Below are positions 26,974 through 39,882 of a stretch of 64,000 bases of DNA, piece after piece; within the stretch, counting starts at the first letter, position 1; each line of letters begins with the position of its first letter. The position numbers were made by a program, and so were the translations under genes. The notes beneath the pieces are model-generated. The model did not search any database. It saw only the letters and a list, made by a program, of their open reading frames with translations, and was not told the origin of the DNA. The stretch is taken from positions 24,862,001-24,926,000 of the forward strand of contig OX597838.1 in the NCBI GenBank assembly GCA_951406725.2. The letters run 5' to 3'. The DNA comes from Octopus vulgaris. Its lineage: Eukaryota.

Positions 26974-27744
26974 TCAGGCTTCAAACGCATGTACGTATAT
27001 GCATATAGACAGACACACTTTAATATATATACATCTATAAACACGTATTTTCATGTAAATGCAAGTACATACACACATACACATATATAATCTAGTTCAA
27101 ATTTACAGAACACAAAAGACGAAGACGGGTGAAGGAACAACAAGCGGGTAAGAGTAGAAAAGTCTTTGACATTTCAAGCCTAAGCTCTTTGACAGAAAGG
27201 ATTAAGAGGGAAAACAGAGAGAGAAAAAGGATTGTTTAAAGATTAACAGTTCAAAAATACATTTATGTATTTGTGCATATACATATAAATATATAAGCGT
27301 AAACATCTATATAGATATTCTGAGACACCCTTCGGTCACAGCACAGACCATGGGATTGCACCAAGAAAGTTACCCTCCCAGGCACAAGTCTGGGCAAGGT
27401 TGTTTATGGAAGACCAGCAGTCGCCCATGCATACCGGCCTCCCTTCTCCATGCCACCAGTGTTATCCAAGGGAAAGGCAAAGGCCAATATAACTAGGCAC
27501 CTGTGACATCGCAACTCATATCTACAGCTGAGTGAACTGGAGCAACGTGAAATAAAGTGTCTTGCTCAAACACAACATGCAGCCCGGTCCAGGATTCGAG
27601 CTCACAAACTTACGATCATAAGCTCGACGGTCTAACACACATATATACATACATATATATACATATACACACACACAAACATACAATGGTGTGTGTGTAT
27701 TAAACTAATACTACAGTTATTAAAGCTTGTTCCTTACATACAAA

Positions 27745-28110
27745 TACGTAGACTAGAAAGAAATGAAGGTAGTATGCTCCATTGAATGTGCAACATCAGT
27801 GTGCATATAAGACAAAGTGCAAATGTATCGAGAGAAAAGTTGGGCGTAAGAGGAATCAAATGTAGCATGCAACAGAGAAGACTATGTTGGTTTGGACATG
27901 TGATGCGTATGAATGAGGACAGCTGCATAAAGAAGTACCAATCACTGAAAGAGGATGGTACCTGTGGAAATGGGAGACCCAGGAAGATGTGGGATGAAGT
28001 GGTAGGGACTTATCTCAGGATGTTGGACCTCACGGAGGAAATGACAACGGACCGAGATGTTTGGCGCTGTGAAGTTCTTGAGAAGACCTGTCCATGTCAG
28101 CGAAACTGAG
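27745..28110 (+). mobile_element. Diverged RTE/RTE-X LINE fragment
   Basis: ORF 27786..28109 with RRLCWFGHVMRM and GRPRKMWDEVV. Confidence 0.78.
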
Positions 28111-28784
28111 TTCTAGAAGTACTGTGTGTCCCACTCACACATAACAAGAAAACTGCTCACACACCCTACCACAACAAACCAAACTACATCTCTTCCCTTC
28201 CTCACATTTCTACTTCATGCTCTATGCTTACATCCCACTCCCCAATCCTGTCTTCTTGGCCCTGTCTCACTATATCATTGCTCTCTGCTCACCCCTGACC
28301 TGTGTATTCCACCCACACACCTTGTCTCACTATACCATTGCTATCTGCTAAACCCGACCTCCACGTGCCCTGTGTATTCCACCCACAATATCCTGCCACT
28401 TATATTATGATGTTTGAACTGCAAGAGTATGTCCTGGCACTTGCAACCATCTATATCTCTCTTCTTTTACTCAACCATCCCATTTATATCCTAATCACAT
28501 CTTGGACTTGACTGACAGAAATACAAGTTATGAAGCCCCAGTGTCATCTTTAGCTTGGTTTCTATGGCTGGGTGTTCTTCCTAATGCCAGCCACTTTGCA
28601 TACACAAACATGCAGACATAAACATACATACGTATATTGTACAGCTGTCATTTGCAAGCCAGTATGATTTGATAAACATGCACTCCGGGTTCACTAAAGG
28701 TGTTAGGGACTCTTGGTTATCATAAGCAGATATGAGCACCTTTTTGACCCTCTCATTCTTGATCCAGTGGAACATCTAGAATGT

Positions 28785-28838
<54 letters not shown>

Positions 28839-31161
28839 TGAGAGAGCCCTATTGTTTTATGTAGCTGAGATTTTGTTGCAAAGGTAGAAAAATGAATAAA
28901 GAATAAATGTGACTAAATATATGGAAATGTTTGTGTGAATGTGATTTATGAGAAATGAAGGAGTTTTAACCCTTTTAATATCAACCTGCCTGAAACTGCC
29001 CTTGGTTCTATGGGATCTAAAAGCTTCCCATTAAAATTTGATGTTAATTTATGTTCTGAACAACAGCTTAATAACGACAAATGTTCTCTTACTTTATTCT
29101 TTGTTATTTTCATAATTAATTGAGAAATATAATATGGAAAGGGATTCAGGAAGCAAAGTAAGAATGAAATGGAATAAATTTGCACTCTGGCAGTTGCGAT
29201 GACAAGGGTTCCAGTTGATCCGATCAACGGAACAGCTAGCTCATGAAATTGACATGCAAGTGGCTGAGTACTCTACAAACGTGTACCCTTAAAGTAGTTC
29301 CCAGGGAGATTCAGCTTGGACACATGATGTGACAAGGCCAGCCCTTTGAAATACAGGTACATACTACTCATTTTCAAGAGCTGAGTGGATTGGAGCAACA
29401 TGAAATAAAGTGTCTTGCTCAAGGACACAACACACTACCAGGAATTGAACTCACAACCTTATGATTGTGAGCTGAATATCTTAATTACTAAGCCATGCAC
29501 CTTCACATTTTTCTAATAACACAACCATTAAATGCCCTATGTCGTTATCTTTGATAATTTCTGTTACTTATTTCAGTGATTGTAATGTGGCCATGCTGGA
29601 GTACTGCCTTCAAGGCTTTAATCAAACTGGATTCCAGTATTTATTATTTTTTTAAAGTCTGGCACTTATTCTATTGGTTTCTTTTGCCAGACTGCTAAGT
29701 TACAGGGACATAAATAAACCAACACTGGTTGCCAATCAGTAGGGGAGAAGGGAACAAACACACATACAACTTGGGTTTCCTTCTATGAGATTCACTCATG
29801 AGGCATTGATTGGCCCAGGGCTATAGAAGAAGACATTTGCTCAGGGTGCCATGCAGTAGGACTGAACCTGAAATCACATGGTGTTTCAAAGCAAGCTTCT
29901 TAACCACACAGCTTAACTATGTCAAGCTTAACTGTCTCAAGCTACCCTATTTTCACGATACTTCAGTGTCTCTTCATGGTCCCCAGTTAGAGAACCACTG
30001 CTCTTGGTAGTGTGAACCCGAACCCAACATAGCCATAGTTTTAGTTAGAATAATAAATGACCAAGAATAAACAAAGGAATAGTGTTTAACACCAGCCATA
30101 TCTGGGCTCAGATATTCTGTCTGTTTTATGCTCAAACTGGTCAGATGCACCCTTTCACATCTACCCTAAAATGCCATTCTAAAAATAAAACAATCACATC
30201 TTTGAAATCTTGGCACTATGAGATAATGTGTGAGAGATCAGCATCCTCCTCATCATCATCATCCACTTCTCCATGCTCACATGAAAGACGGAATGTGTTG
30301 AGGTGGATTTTTCTAAGGCTGGATATATACTTCATGTTTGTATTTTTTTTTTCAAGATTTTTTATATGAATTTGTGTGTATCCTAGACACAACAAAATTT
30401 ATATAGACACACTCATCTATACATTACAGTATCAACAAGACTATCGGGTGTTGCTATACACTGCTGATCAAAATGTGCTTCTTGGAATTGTTGTAGCTTT
30501 CAAATGACGCCACCCTGCTGGTTGGGTGGGCAGGCCTGTGACATATAAGTGGCCGAGATAACAACATTCATCCTAAACAGGACACCACTCCTTTGTAGAG
30601 CAACTCATTTACAGCTGAGTAATGGAATTGAAACCATGATATTGTGATCATGAGTACAACACCATAACCACTAGGCCATGTGCCCTCACACACACACACA
30701 CACACAAAATTTGTTCATTTGCTTAACATCCGTTCTTCCCATGCTAATATAGGTTTGGATGAAGAGTTATTCGCGGCAGGATTTTATGGCTGGATGCTCA
30801 TCCGGTTGCCAATTATTACCTGTTTCTTTTTTTTTTTTTCAAGTAAATAAGTTTTGTTTTCTAATTCCAGACATCTTCAAAGGTGCAGAGTGACCAAAGG
30901 TATGTCAACCTCACCATGGCTTCACTCAAGTGGTGACAAATATGGAACATAAATACACCCACACACATATTCATGCATGTTAATAAATATGCACACACAC
31001 ACACACACACTAAGAAAGGTACAAAGAGTTCTACCTAAAAGCAGATGTGCACATGCATGCAAACATATATATATATATATATATATATACATACATACAC
31101 ACATATATATATATATAGGAGAGTATTGTAGTTCGCTTGAAGCATTGAGTATTGTTTGTAA

Positions 31162-31363
31162 AGAATAAAAAATTTTGAATGGTACAACAATGCACTATAA
31201 TACAGACAATGGGCTATATACTTGTGGTATTTTAGTCATCCATAGTCTGATATGATATTCCGAAATATCATATCAGATTATGAATGACTAAATTACAAAA
31301 GGTATATAGCCCATTGTCAGTATATTAGAGTGCATTGTTGTACCATTCAAAACATTTTATTCT
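31162..31363. repeat. ~200-bp imperfect palindrome between TA/CA microsatellites
   Basis: Arms AGAATAAAA..TTGAATGGTACAACAATGCACT.. and reverse complement; 4-nt loop near 31260. Confidence 0.85.
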
Positions 31364-31401
31364 ATACACACACACACACACATACATGTATGCAAATGAA
31401 T

Positions 31402-31434
<33 letters not shown>

Positions 31435-34400
31435 CATGCAAGCAAACTCAAACACTCAGGCCTGAAAATTGAAATGTTACATTTTAAAGTATTAACCAGT
31501 AATTTTAACTTCTCAAAATAATATTTGTCTTTTTGTAAAGGAATGCATAGAAAAATATGTTCAACAATTCATATCAGTTTAAACATTATTTTTGAGGGGA
31601 GGAGTTTATTCAGTGGAGGAAGGGCAGCATTCATGGCCCTATTTTTTGGGGTCCCCAAGACTTGTAGAGGCATGAAAGAAGAACTGATAACTAACGGGGT
31701 TACTCTCAGAATGAAGATCAAGTCTGAATGCTTACAAGTTGGAATCTGCGAAAGGGGTCTCAAGAAAAGATGATGGCGTCAAACCCAACAAGAGATTAAA
31801 TCTACGACGATGACATTAGAATACTAAAAACCCTCTAACCCTTTCATATCCCCAAATTGCCCTTATTTACTATATTTTAATGTCAATCATTGTGCCCTTC
31901 CCTTATATGATTCTACTGTTTGATTGGAAGCAATGATACTGAAATAGACTTAGGATCAAACATTAGTTGGTTGATCCTGTAGGTGGAGGCCTTACAGTGA
32001 TGTGGAGGGGTGGGGCAAGAGTGCTGTACAGTCGTCAAGAGGAAGGCCCTGAAATGGTGCACATTCTCTCTTGATGACCCCAGAAACTGACTGGGTTCTC
32101 ATATGTGAAGTTTTCAATTGATTGCACTTGCACACACAAGCAGTTTCTATCCATTTTAAAATTTATATATATATATATACACAAACATATATCTACATGT
32201 GTAGATATGTACATGCATACATACATATATACATATATTTGAGTAAATGGTAGTGGTATTGGAGGGTCACAAATGGCACTAAGAAAAGAAAAGGAAAAAA
32301 AACAAAGTAAAAAAAAACCCTTAATTCTCAGAAGATATAATTAAAAAAAAACCTTGTTTGGTTTTCAACAGAATTACAATCAAACCACAGAACATGGTTT
32401 GTTTTAACAGTTGGCTATTCAAAATATTTACAATATTTTGTATCATTGCAGTTAATTTTCTGCAGCAAATAATTTTCATTCAGTTATTATTTTCGGTTAT
32501 ACATGAAAAGTATAGAAAACTGCTGGCAATAGCTTCTTCTATAATTGGTAGGTTTACACAATGATTGCAACATTATTTTGTGTATTTTTCTCTTTTTCCT
32601 TTTTTCCCCCATTTTTGGCACAGGTTAACAAATACTAGTCATCCGTTCACTCAAAAATGTTTCTCTCCTTCGTTTTTTTACTTCTATTTCATCTTGCACC
32701 AAGATTTATATTTTTTCAGTTACACATCCGAGTTTTCTCTTACCATAGGTTTCAGTCACAGAAAAAAAAAAAATATACAGGAGAAACGAAAAAACACAGA
32801 CTTTAGAGCCTGAAAAGGGTCAAAGAGTTAACAGCAAAAATAGAGACAGTTTAGAATCTAAAACGATTGGCACAAGTGACATTTTTGAACTTCACATATT
32901 TAGATTTATAAACAAGATAAAAGAGAAGTACTCGATACATCATTGAGTTCATCATCCTATACTCAGGCCTTAGGCTTCCAAAGAACAGAAACTTAAAAAT
33001 GAAAGGAAGCCTTTTTTTCCAAAATTATATACAAAGGTTAACACAATTGAACTGCAAAGACAGAGGTTTTATACACTATTTGATGTCCAGCAAAGGTAAC
33101 ATGAGTCAGCTTTCAAAATAATTATTTCACAGTTAAATAATTTTGAGAAGTTTTTATTCTGTTCAGAATACCACTTCTGAGATTAGTTAATGTGAAGAAT
33201 TAATGATAATCCCTTAATCCAAGTGATAAAGAGCTGATGTTTTTGATTTCTTTTTCATACCCCATTTCAGGCTCTGTTACTAAACCCTTGTATTTATTTG
33301 GTTGTCAGATAAATTCATTTATTTTCTTCTATTTATTTTGATCCTTTCAAATGTTATTTGAATAAACACAGAAAATATTTTTATAGTTGTGTTTCTTGAT
33401 ATTTTTTAGCTTTATTCCTCTTCTACAACTTTTGTTCATTATGTTTGGAATTTGAATAAATTTTACCTCTTTTCAGATACATGACAATGGAGTGCCAAGT
33501 AGGAAAAAAAAAAAGGCCAAAAAACTAATTTATCTGATAACCCAACAGTTTAATTTGCTAAGAGATTTAGGGCTGTCCATTTAGGTTACATTTTAAAAAA
33601 CCCTTTGAATACGAACCTGTCTCATATCACCACCAAAGCTATCCATTTTAAAGAATTCACATTGAAAATGCAAAGAAACATAAGTAATGTTCCAAACACC
33701 AGTCCAACCCTTTTGATGTCAATTTGCCCAAGACAACAACTAGTTCTATTGTACAAACTTCCTGTTTTAAACTGATCTTAAAACCTTCCATCAAAATTTC
33801 AGGTTAATTTTTTTCAATGCCATCTAAATAATGGTAACATTAATCTACTAAAATTTTCATTATTTTCAAAAAAATTGTGTTATATTCATTATTTTTCAAG
33901 AGCAAAAGCAACATATTTTAGCAGAATTTTACTAACGAAAGGATTGATAATAAAAATATTTAGTTTTTTGACTAAATAACTGTAAATAGTAGACAGCTTT
34001 TCAAAATTATTTAAAACACACAGGCCAAGTATTTCATGAGAAATAGAGTCTCCAAAGAGGTATAATTCATGTTAAGGTTAAAAATAACAGAAGCTGGAGC
34101 TTGTAGGAAGTTGTAGAGATGTTTCACAAGACATGATGTTTTTATATTTGGAAAAAAGTTTAAAAGGAAAAGAGGAAAGACAGTGAAAATGGAGGCCACA
34201 CAGAATTAATTCCATCTGTCAGAATTCACATTTGAAAAGAATCCTCCTAATGTTTTGTCTATAATAATTTTCCTAGAGATGTCAGCCAGTAGGCTGTAGC
34301 AATGTTCTGACATTGGCACATTACCTTATAACCAATTTTAATAAGCTCCAGTAAGTTTGGAACTTTTTTGACTTTCTCTATGTTAAACGGATGTGATAAA

Positions 34401-34744
34401 CACTACATCAAAGACCCTTGCTGGTTCCATAAATAAATTAAGGCTCTTAACATGGGCACAAGGTCATACATTTGGAGAAGGAGAGAGTAGGCGCAGTGAA
34501 GTTGAACCAGTTCCTGACCAGTGTTTATTTTGTTGACCACTTCATTGGAAAGATTAAAAGAAAAAGTTGACTTAGTTGAGGTTTTTTTCAAGAGAAATAT
34601 AAATTGTAATTCATGGCATGAGTGTCAGACAGTTGTGAAGGCCATGGGTACATACATACATACATACATATATATATAGATATACAAAAACACATATATA
34701 CCTATATACATACACATGTATACAAATAAACACACACACACATA

Positions 34745-34931
34745 CAATAATCCCTCACCATATTGTGGTTCACCTATCATATCCTCTGTACATCATAGAT
34801 TTTCATAGCTAATATATGTAAATTTATATTGCGGGCTTCTGTGGCCAATATCATATTATATTTTTTTAGATTTTAATTATTTCTGTGGGAGGTCTGAAAC
34901 GTAGCACCCCGTGATAGTTGAGGGATTACTA
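34745..34931. mobile_element. pogo/Tigger-like MITE
   Basis: TA|CAATAATCCCTCA ... TGAGGGATTACTA imperfect terminal inverted repeats. Confidence 0.6.
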
Positions 34932-35051
34932 TGCATAAAAAAAAATATTTCTGACAAAAAATAAAATTGTCAGAGTTTTTAAACATTTGATACATTGGGG
35001 GATGGGACAAAACTAAAAAAAACCTATCATCATTGCATGAAAATGTAAATA

Positions 35052-35096
<45 letters not shown>

Positions 35097-37221
35097 ATCA
35101 TTTCTTAAATATAGCCACGAAACACGTGTCGTTATTCTACCAAATATATATGTTTTATTTATTATTTTGCACATTACTTAATCATCACTATATGTTTTAT
35201 CTTATATTTAATCTTTCTATAATATGTAATTTTCTAGATGGTATAACTTAATTTTTCATTATTGAATTGATAAAAGGTGTATTTTTTAAAATTTACATAT
35301 ATATATATTTATTTATATATTTATGAAAGAGAGATTAAAAATTCTGTAGATTTCCTCTATTTTCTGTAAACCCAGTTTAAGTGATCATCAAATTTTGTTC
35401 AAAGTTCTACCAATTTAGCCAATCCCCTGATCTTCCATAAATAAAACAAATAGGAAAATTATTTGCGAATCCATCCAGATCTACAAATATCTACTTTATT
35501 ACAGCATTAAGGTCGCTGCTCATGCAATTTTTGTCTTGTTACAAATCCTCCAGTTTGAACATGTCCAGAGTAGATCGCAGAAATGGTCTGGTTTAGAATG
35601 TGTGATGTGTTGCCATCCTAAGTGTTTGTTTGAGTAGAGCTATTTGGGGGTTTTCAATGATAATAACTTCCAACTTTGCTCCCTATATTGGTTTTAAGTT
35701 TTGGAACAAGGCCAGCAAGTTTGGGGGAGGGGGTAAGTCAATTGCTTTGACCCCAGTGCTTGACTGGTACTTATTTTGTCGACCCCGAAAGGATGAAAGG
35801 TAAAGGTGACCTTAGCAGAATTTGAACCCAGAACATAAGGACAAGCAAAATGCTTAGCAACGATTCTGCCAGCTCACCACCTTAATAATAATAATCTTTT
35901 CTACTACAGACACGAGGTCTGAAATTTTTTTGTGTGTGTGTGTGTGGGGGGGGGGGTGTTGATTATATTATTGACCCAGTATTTCACTGGTACTTAATTT
36001 ATCAACCTTGGAAGGATGAAAGGCAAAGACAACCTTGCTGGAATTTGAACTCAGATTGTAAAGACATGAAATATCGCTAAGCATTTCACCCAGCTTGCTG
36101 TCTTGATAATAATAACAGACTATTAAATAATCTTATACACAAGATGTGAAATCTGTTTGTTTCACCTGTGCTAGTGCCATATAAAAAGCACCGAGTCCAC
36201 TCTGCAGAGTGGTTGGTGTTAGGAAAGGCAGCCAACCAAAACAGACACTGTAGCCTGGGGCAGTCTTCTACCTGGCCAGCTCCTGTCAGCTGTCCTACCC
36301 ATGCATGCATGGGAGACAGACATTCAATGATGATGATGATGATGATGATAAAAACTACTCAGATTACCAAATCATTCCTGAAGTTTTCTCAACCCTTTTC
36401 AGCCATCAAAAAGACCAGGCAAAGATGGTTGGAAGGTACCGAAACTTTACTGTTTCTTAAAGTCAATCATAGACCTTGATAAAATATAAGTTTTTAATGT
36501 TATGATTTCCTCAGACTCTCAGGATTCAAAGACCCAAACAGCTGAGTTTTTTTTCTCTTTTTATTTTTCCCCAATTTTGCTCTGATATACAAAACCCCAG
36601 GTATCAAGACCACATTCCAATGTCCTTCAGTCTTAAAAACAAGCTCAAGAACAACGAGCACTAACCATTTTTTTCCAGAATGCCAATCCACTGGAATTTC
36701 TTCCCTGCCAATGTTGTTCCTGCAGCCGTCATCTGACAACGGTCCAAGAAGGACATGGGCTGTTTGTCTTACTAGACTTGGGGTAGTTGAGGCTGCAAAG
36801 TCCATGAGAACACTGCATGCCTCTGGATCAAATATTAGGAAAAAAGAAAAGAAAGAAAAACCCTTGTAAAATTCACTGTCTCCTATGATCCCAGCTTCAC
36901 TCATCATCATCAATGTCTACTTTTCCATGTTTGCAAGGGTCAGGTGAAAATTGTCAAGGGAGATTTTACATGCTTGGATACTTGTGCCACCAACCCATAT
37001 TTGTTTCCAAGCAAAGTAATATTTTCCTCATGGCCAGATATGCTAATGCAGATGGTGCAAGACAAATGACAAAATGATGCAATATCAAGACAAGGAGACA
37101 CATAGATACATTCACCTATATATAATAATAATAATAATAATATTAGGGAGTATAACTCCAAACTTAGAGGGAAAAATTCAATTTAGTATTAAATCAAATT
37201 TCACAATATATATATATATAA

Positions 37222-37512
37222 AATATGAATTAGAGATAAAAACCACTATTATGCAATTCAAACAGTGATAGACATAAACCAAAACATAAATAATATATAA
37301 AATATATTTTTATAAAACATAACTAGATCTCAAAAAGTATAAAAATGAATAATCAATATATAAGTAATAAGTATTATATATTGATTATTCATTTTTATAC
37401 TTGTTGAGATCTAGTTATATGTTTTATAAAAATATATATTATTTGTTATTTATGTTTTGGTTTATGTCTATCACTGAGTTGCATAATAGTGGTTTTATCT
37501 CTAATTTATATT
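37222..37512. repeat. ~290-bp AT-rich palindrome in (TA)n
   Basis: Arms 37222-37363 and 37374-37512; a single arm recurs at 62948-63090. Confidence 0.85.
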
Positions 37513-39313
37513 CTATATATATATATTTCCATACAGTGGGATTAACCATAAAACCATGTAGATGGGAAGCCAATTTCTGAACCACAGAGCCCTGTCCACA
37601 TCCCACACAATATCTAACTGGTTATTCTCATGTCCGCAGCTGGCTTGAGTAAAATTGGTATAGCTAGGCATCTGAGGGTCTCGAAAAAAAGACCATGGAT
37701 TTGTGCCTGGAGAATTTTGTGTCAGTTGTTGATGGCAGTGCAGTGTCTGCTGTAGTAGAACAGGCCTACGTGAGAGTGGAACTATATACACATGTTTATA
37801 TAGAAAACATGTAGTTCAGCTCTGCAACATGGAGCTACATACATGCTTATGTAATAGCAATATATATATTTAATTCAGGTTTTGATTGCAACAGAGGGCT
37901 GTGACTTAGTTGACCAAGATATAAACTTGGCAAGAGAGACTTGCTGCACCAAACAAATGCTTAGAATGTTAATTAGATTCTATCCAATAACAACTGATAG
38001 TATAAGGAGAGAAAGTGTGTTGGTATAAAGGTGAAGGTAGAACAAACAAAAAACCCTTGATTTCATACAGAGATAGGCACAAGGCCTTCACAGAAGGGAG
38101 ATATGTTGCATGAGTTTGTGATAATGCTTTTCTCTAAGATCTTGGTACTCAGTTGGTTATGATGAGGGTTCCAGTTGATCTGATCAGCGGGACAGCCTGC
38201 TTGTGAAATTAATTTGCAAGTGGCTGAGCACTCCACAGACATGCATAACCCTTAATGTAGTCCTCAGGGAGATTCTGTGTGACACAGAATGTGACAAGGC
38301 TGGCCCTTTGAATAACAGGTACAATTCATTTTTACCAGCTGAGTGGACTGGAGCAATGTGAAATAAAGCGTCTTGCTCAAGGACACAACATGTCGCCGGG
38401 AATTGAACTCACAACTTTACGACTGTGAGCCAAATGTCCTAAGCATTAAGCCACATGCCTTCTCTAAGATATATTGTTTATCCACAGATCAACCTCATCC
38501 TTGATTAAACAGACCTATAATCAAAGACAACCCTACTATGACCATCCTGTGTTTTTTTTAAGTTTCAACTTTTTAATATGTGGGACAATATTATTCCAAA
38601 ATATCCTTCCATTTTTTTTTTTATTCAGACATCAGAGTACATGATTTTGAGGGAGATTTAGCTGCTATTTCTAACAGACCGAGTGACAGCACAAAAGTGC
38701 TCATGTCGGGGTCATTCTCTAAGATGTCGGTGAATCTAAATCAAATGCAATGGTTGCAACACCGAAACCTTGTTTGAAAGAGAAATGACCCACCACCATC
38801 CCACCATTAACAACAGCTTTGGCACCGACTCTAAAACAGTTCTGAGCCAACATTAACTCTCGTTCCAAATGGCAATAATTAACAGGAATATTTTTACAGC
38901 CAACAGTTGTTACCTTAATTGATGTGCAAAGTGATTTTGCTAATTAAAATGGATGCAGAACTGTGTTTCAATACAAACACTTTATTAATAAATAGAGATT
39001 GAGGGATGCCCCCCTGCCAACAAAAAAAACAAACTAATCTCCTTCCTTGGACACAGGCACGTCTGTGTAGTCAAGAACTTTGATTTTACAACTATGTGAT
39101 TTTGGGTTCATTCCTACTGTGTGGCACTGTGCACAAGCGTTTTCTACTATATATCTATATATATACACACATATGTTGTGTGTGCATATAATTAAAAAGG
39201 AACCCCTTTGTATGTTTGTGTGTGTATACAAGTAACCCTTAAGATACCTGTGTTTGACTTTTCTACCTGTTTTCTTATTTTTGAAGGTTTAACCCTTTAG
39301 CATTTCAACTGGG

Positions 39314-39355
<42 letters not shown>

Positions 39356-39849
39356 TATACATACACTCACATATATTATCAATAATAATAAAGGGTAAAA
39401 TCAATTAATAATTAATAATTTTAACAAGTAGTTCGGTATGTTAAAAGAACCATTATCGGTAACCTTACACAAAAATTCTATAATTATAAGCATAATTATA
39501 ATTAAGGTTCAGCAAAAATTGCTTCACCACATACTGAAATTTAGAAATAGAAGTTAGTTTAATGTTAAATTGTTTTATATATAACTTGAATTAAGAAAGA
39601 AAATAAGCATTAATATGTGTGTCTTTGGTAGTTGGAATAGTATTTAACTGCTATTTCTAAATTTCGTTACGTGGTGAAGCAATTTTTGCTGAACCCTAAT
39701 TATAATTATGCTTATAATTATAGAATTTTTTACATATACATATATATATATTTGAAGTTTTTGTAAAAAGTACTTGATACATTCATAATATTTGAAAGAG
39801 ATTTCAAAAATATCTTTATCTTAAAATATTACTTATCTAACACACATAC

Positions 39850-39882
<33 letters not shown>

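Noticed and set aside
31247-31266. CTGA...GAAA at the palindrome centre as a hammerhead
   Set aside because: Core reads CUGAUAU rather than CUGANGA, and stems I and III cannot be assigned.
36666-36822. Alternative frame with an in-frame TGA (possible selenocysteine)
   Set aside because: No selenoprotein motif or SECIS recognised; one stop in a 157-nt frame is expected by chance.
37513-37791. 92-aa minus-strand ORF in unique sequence
   Set aside because: No recognisable domain and no clear splice signals.
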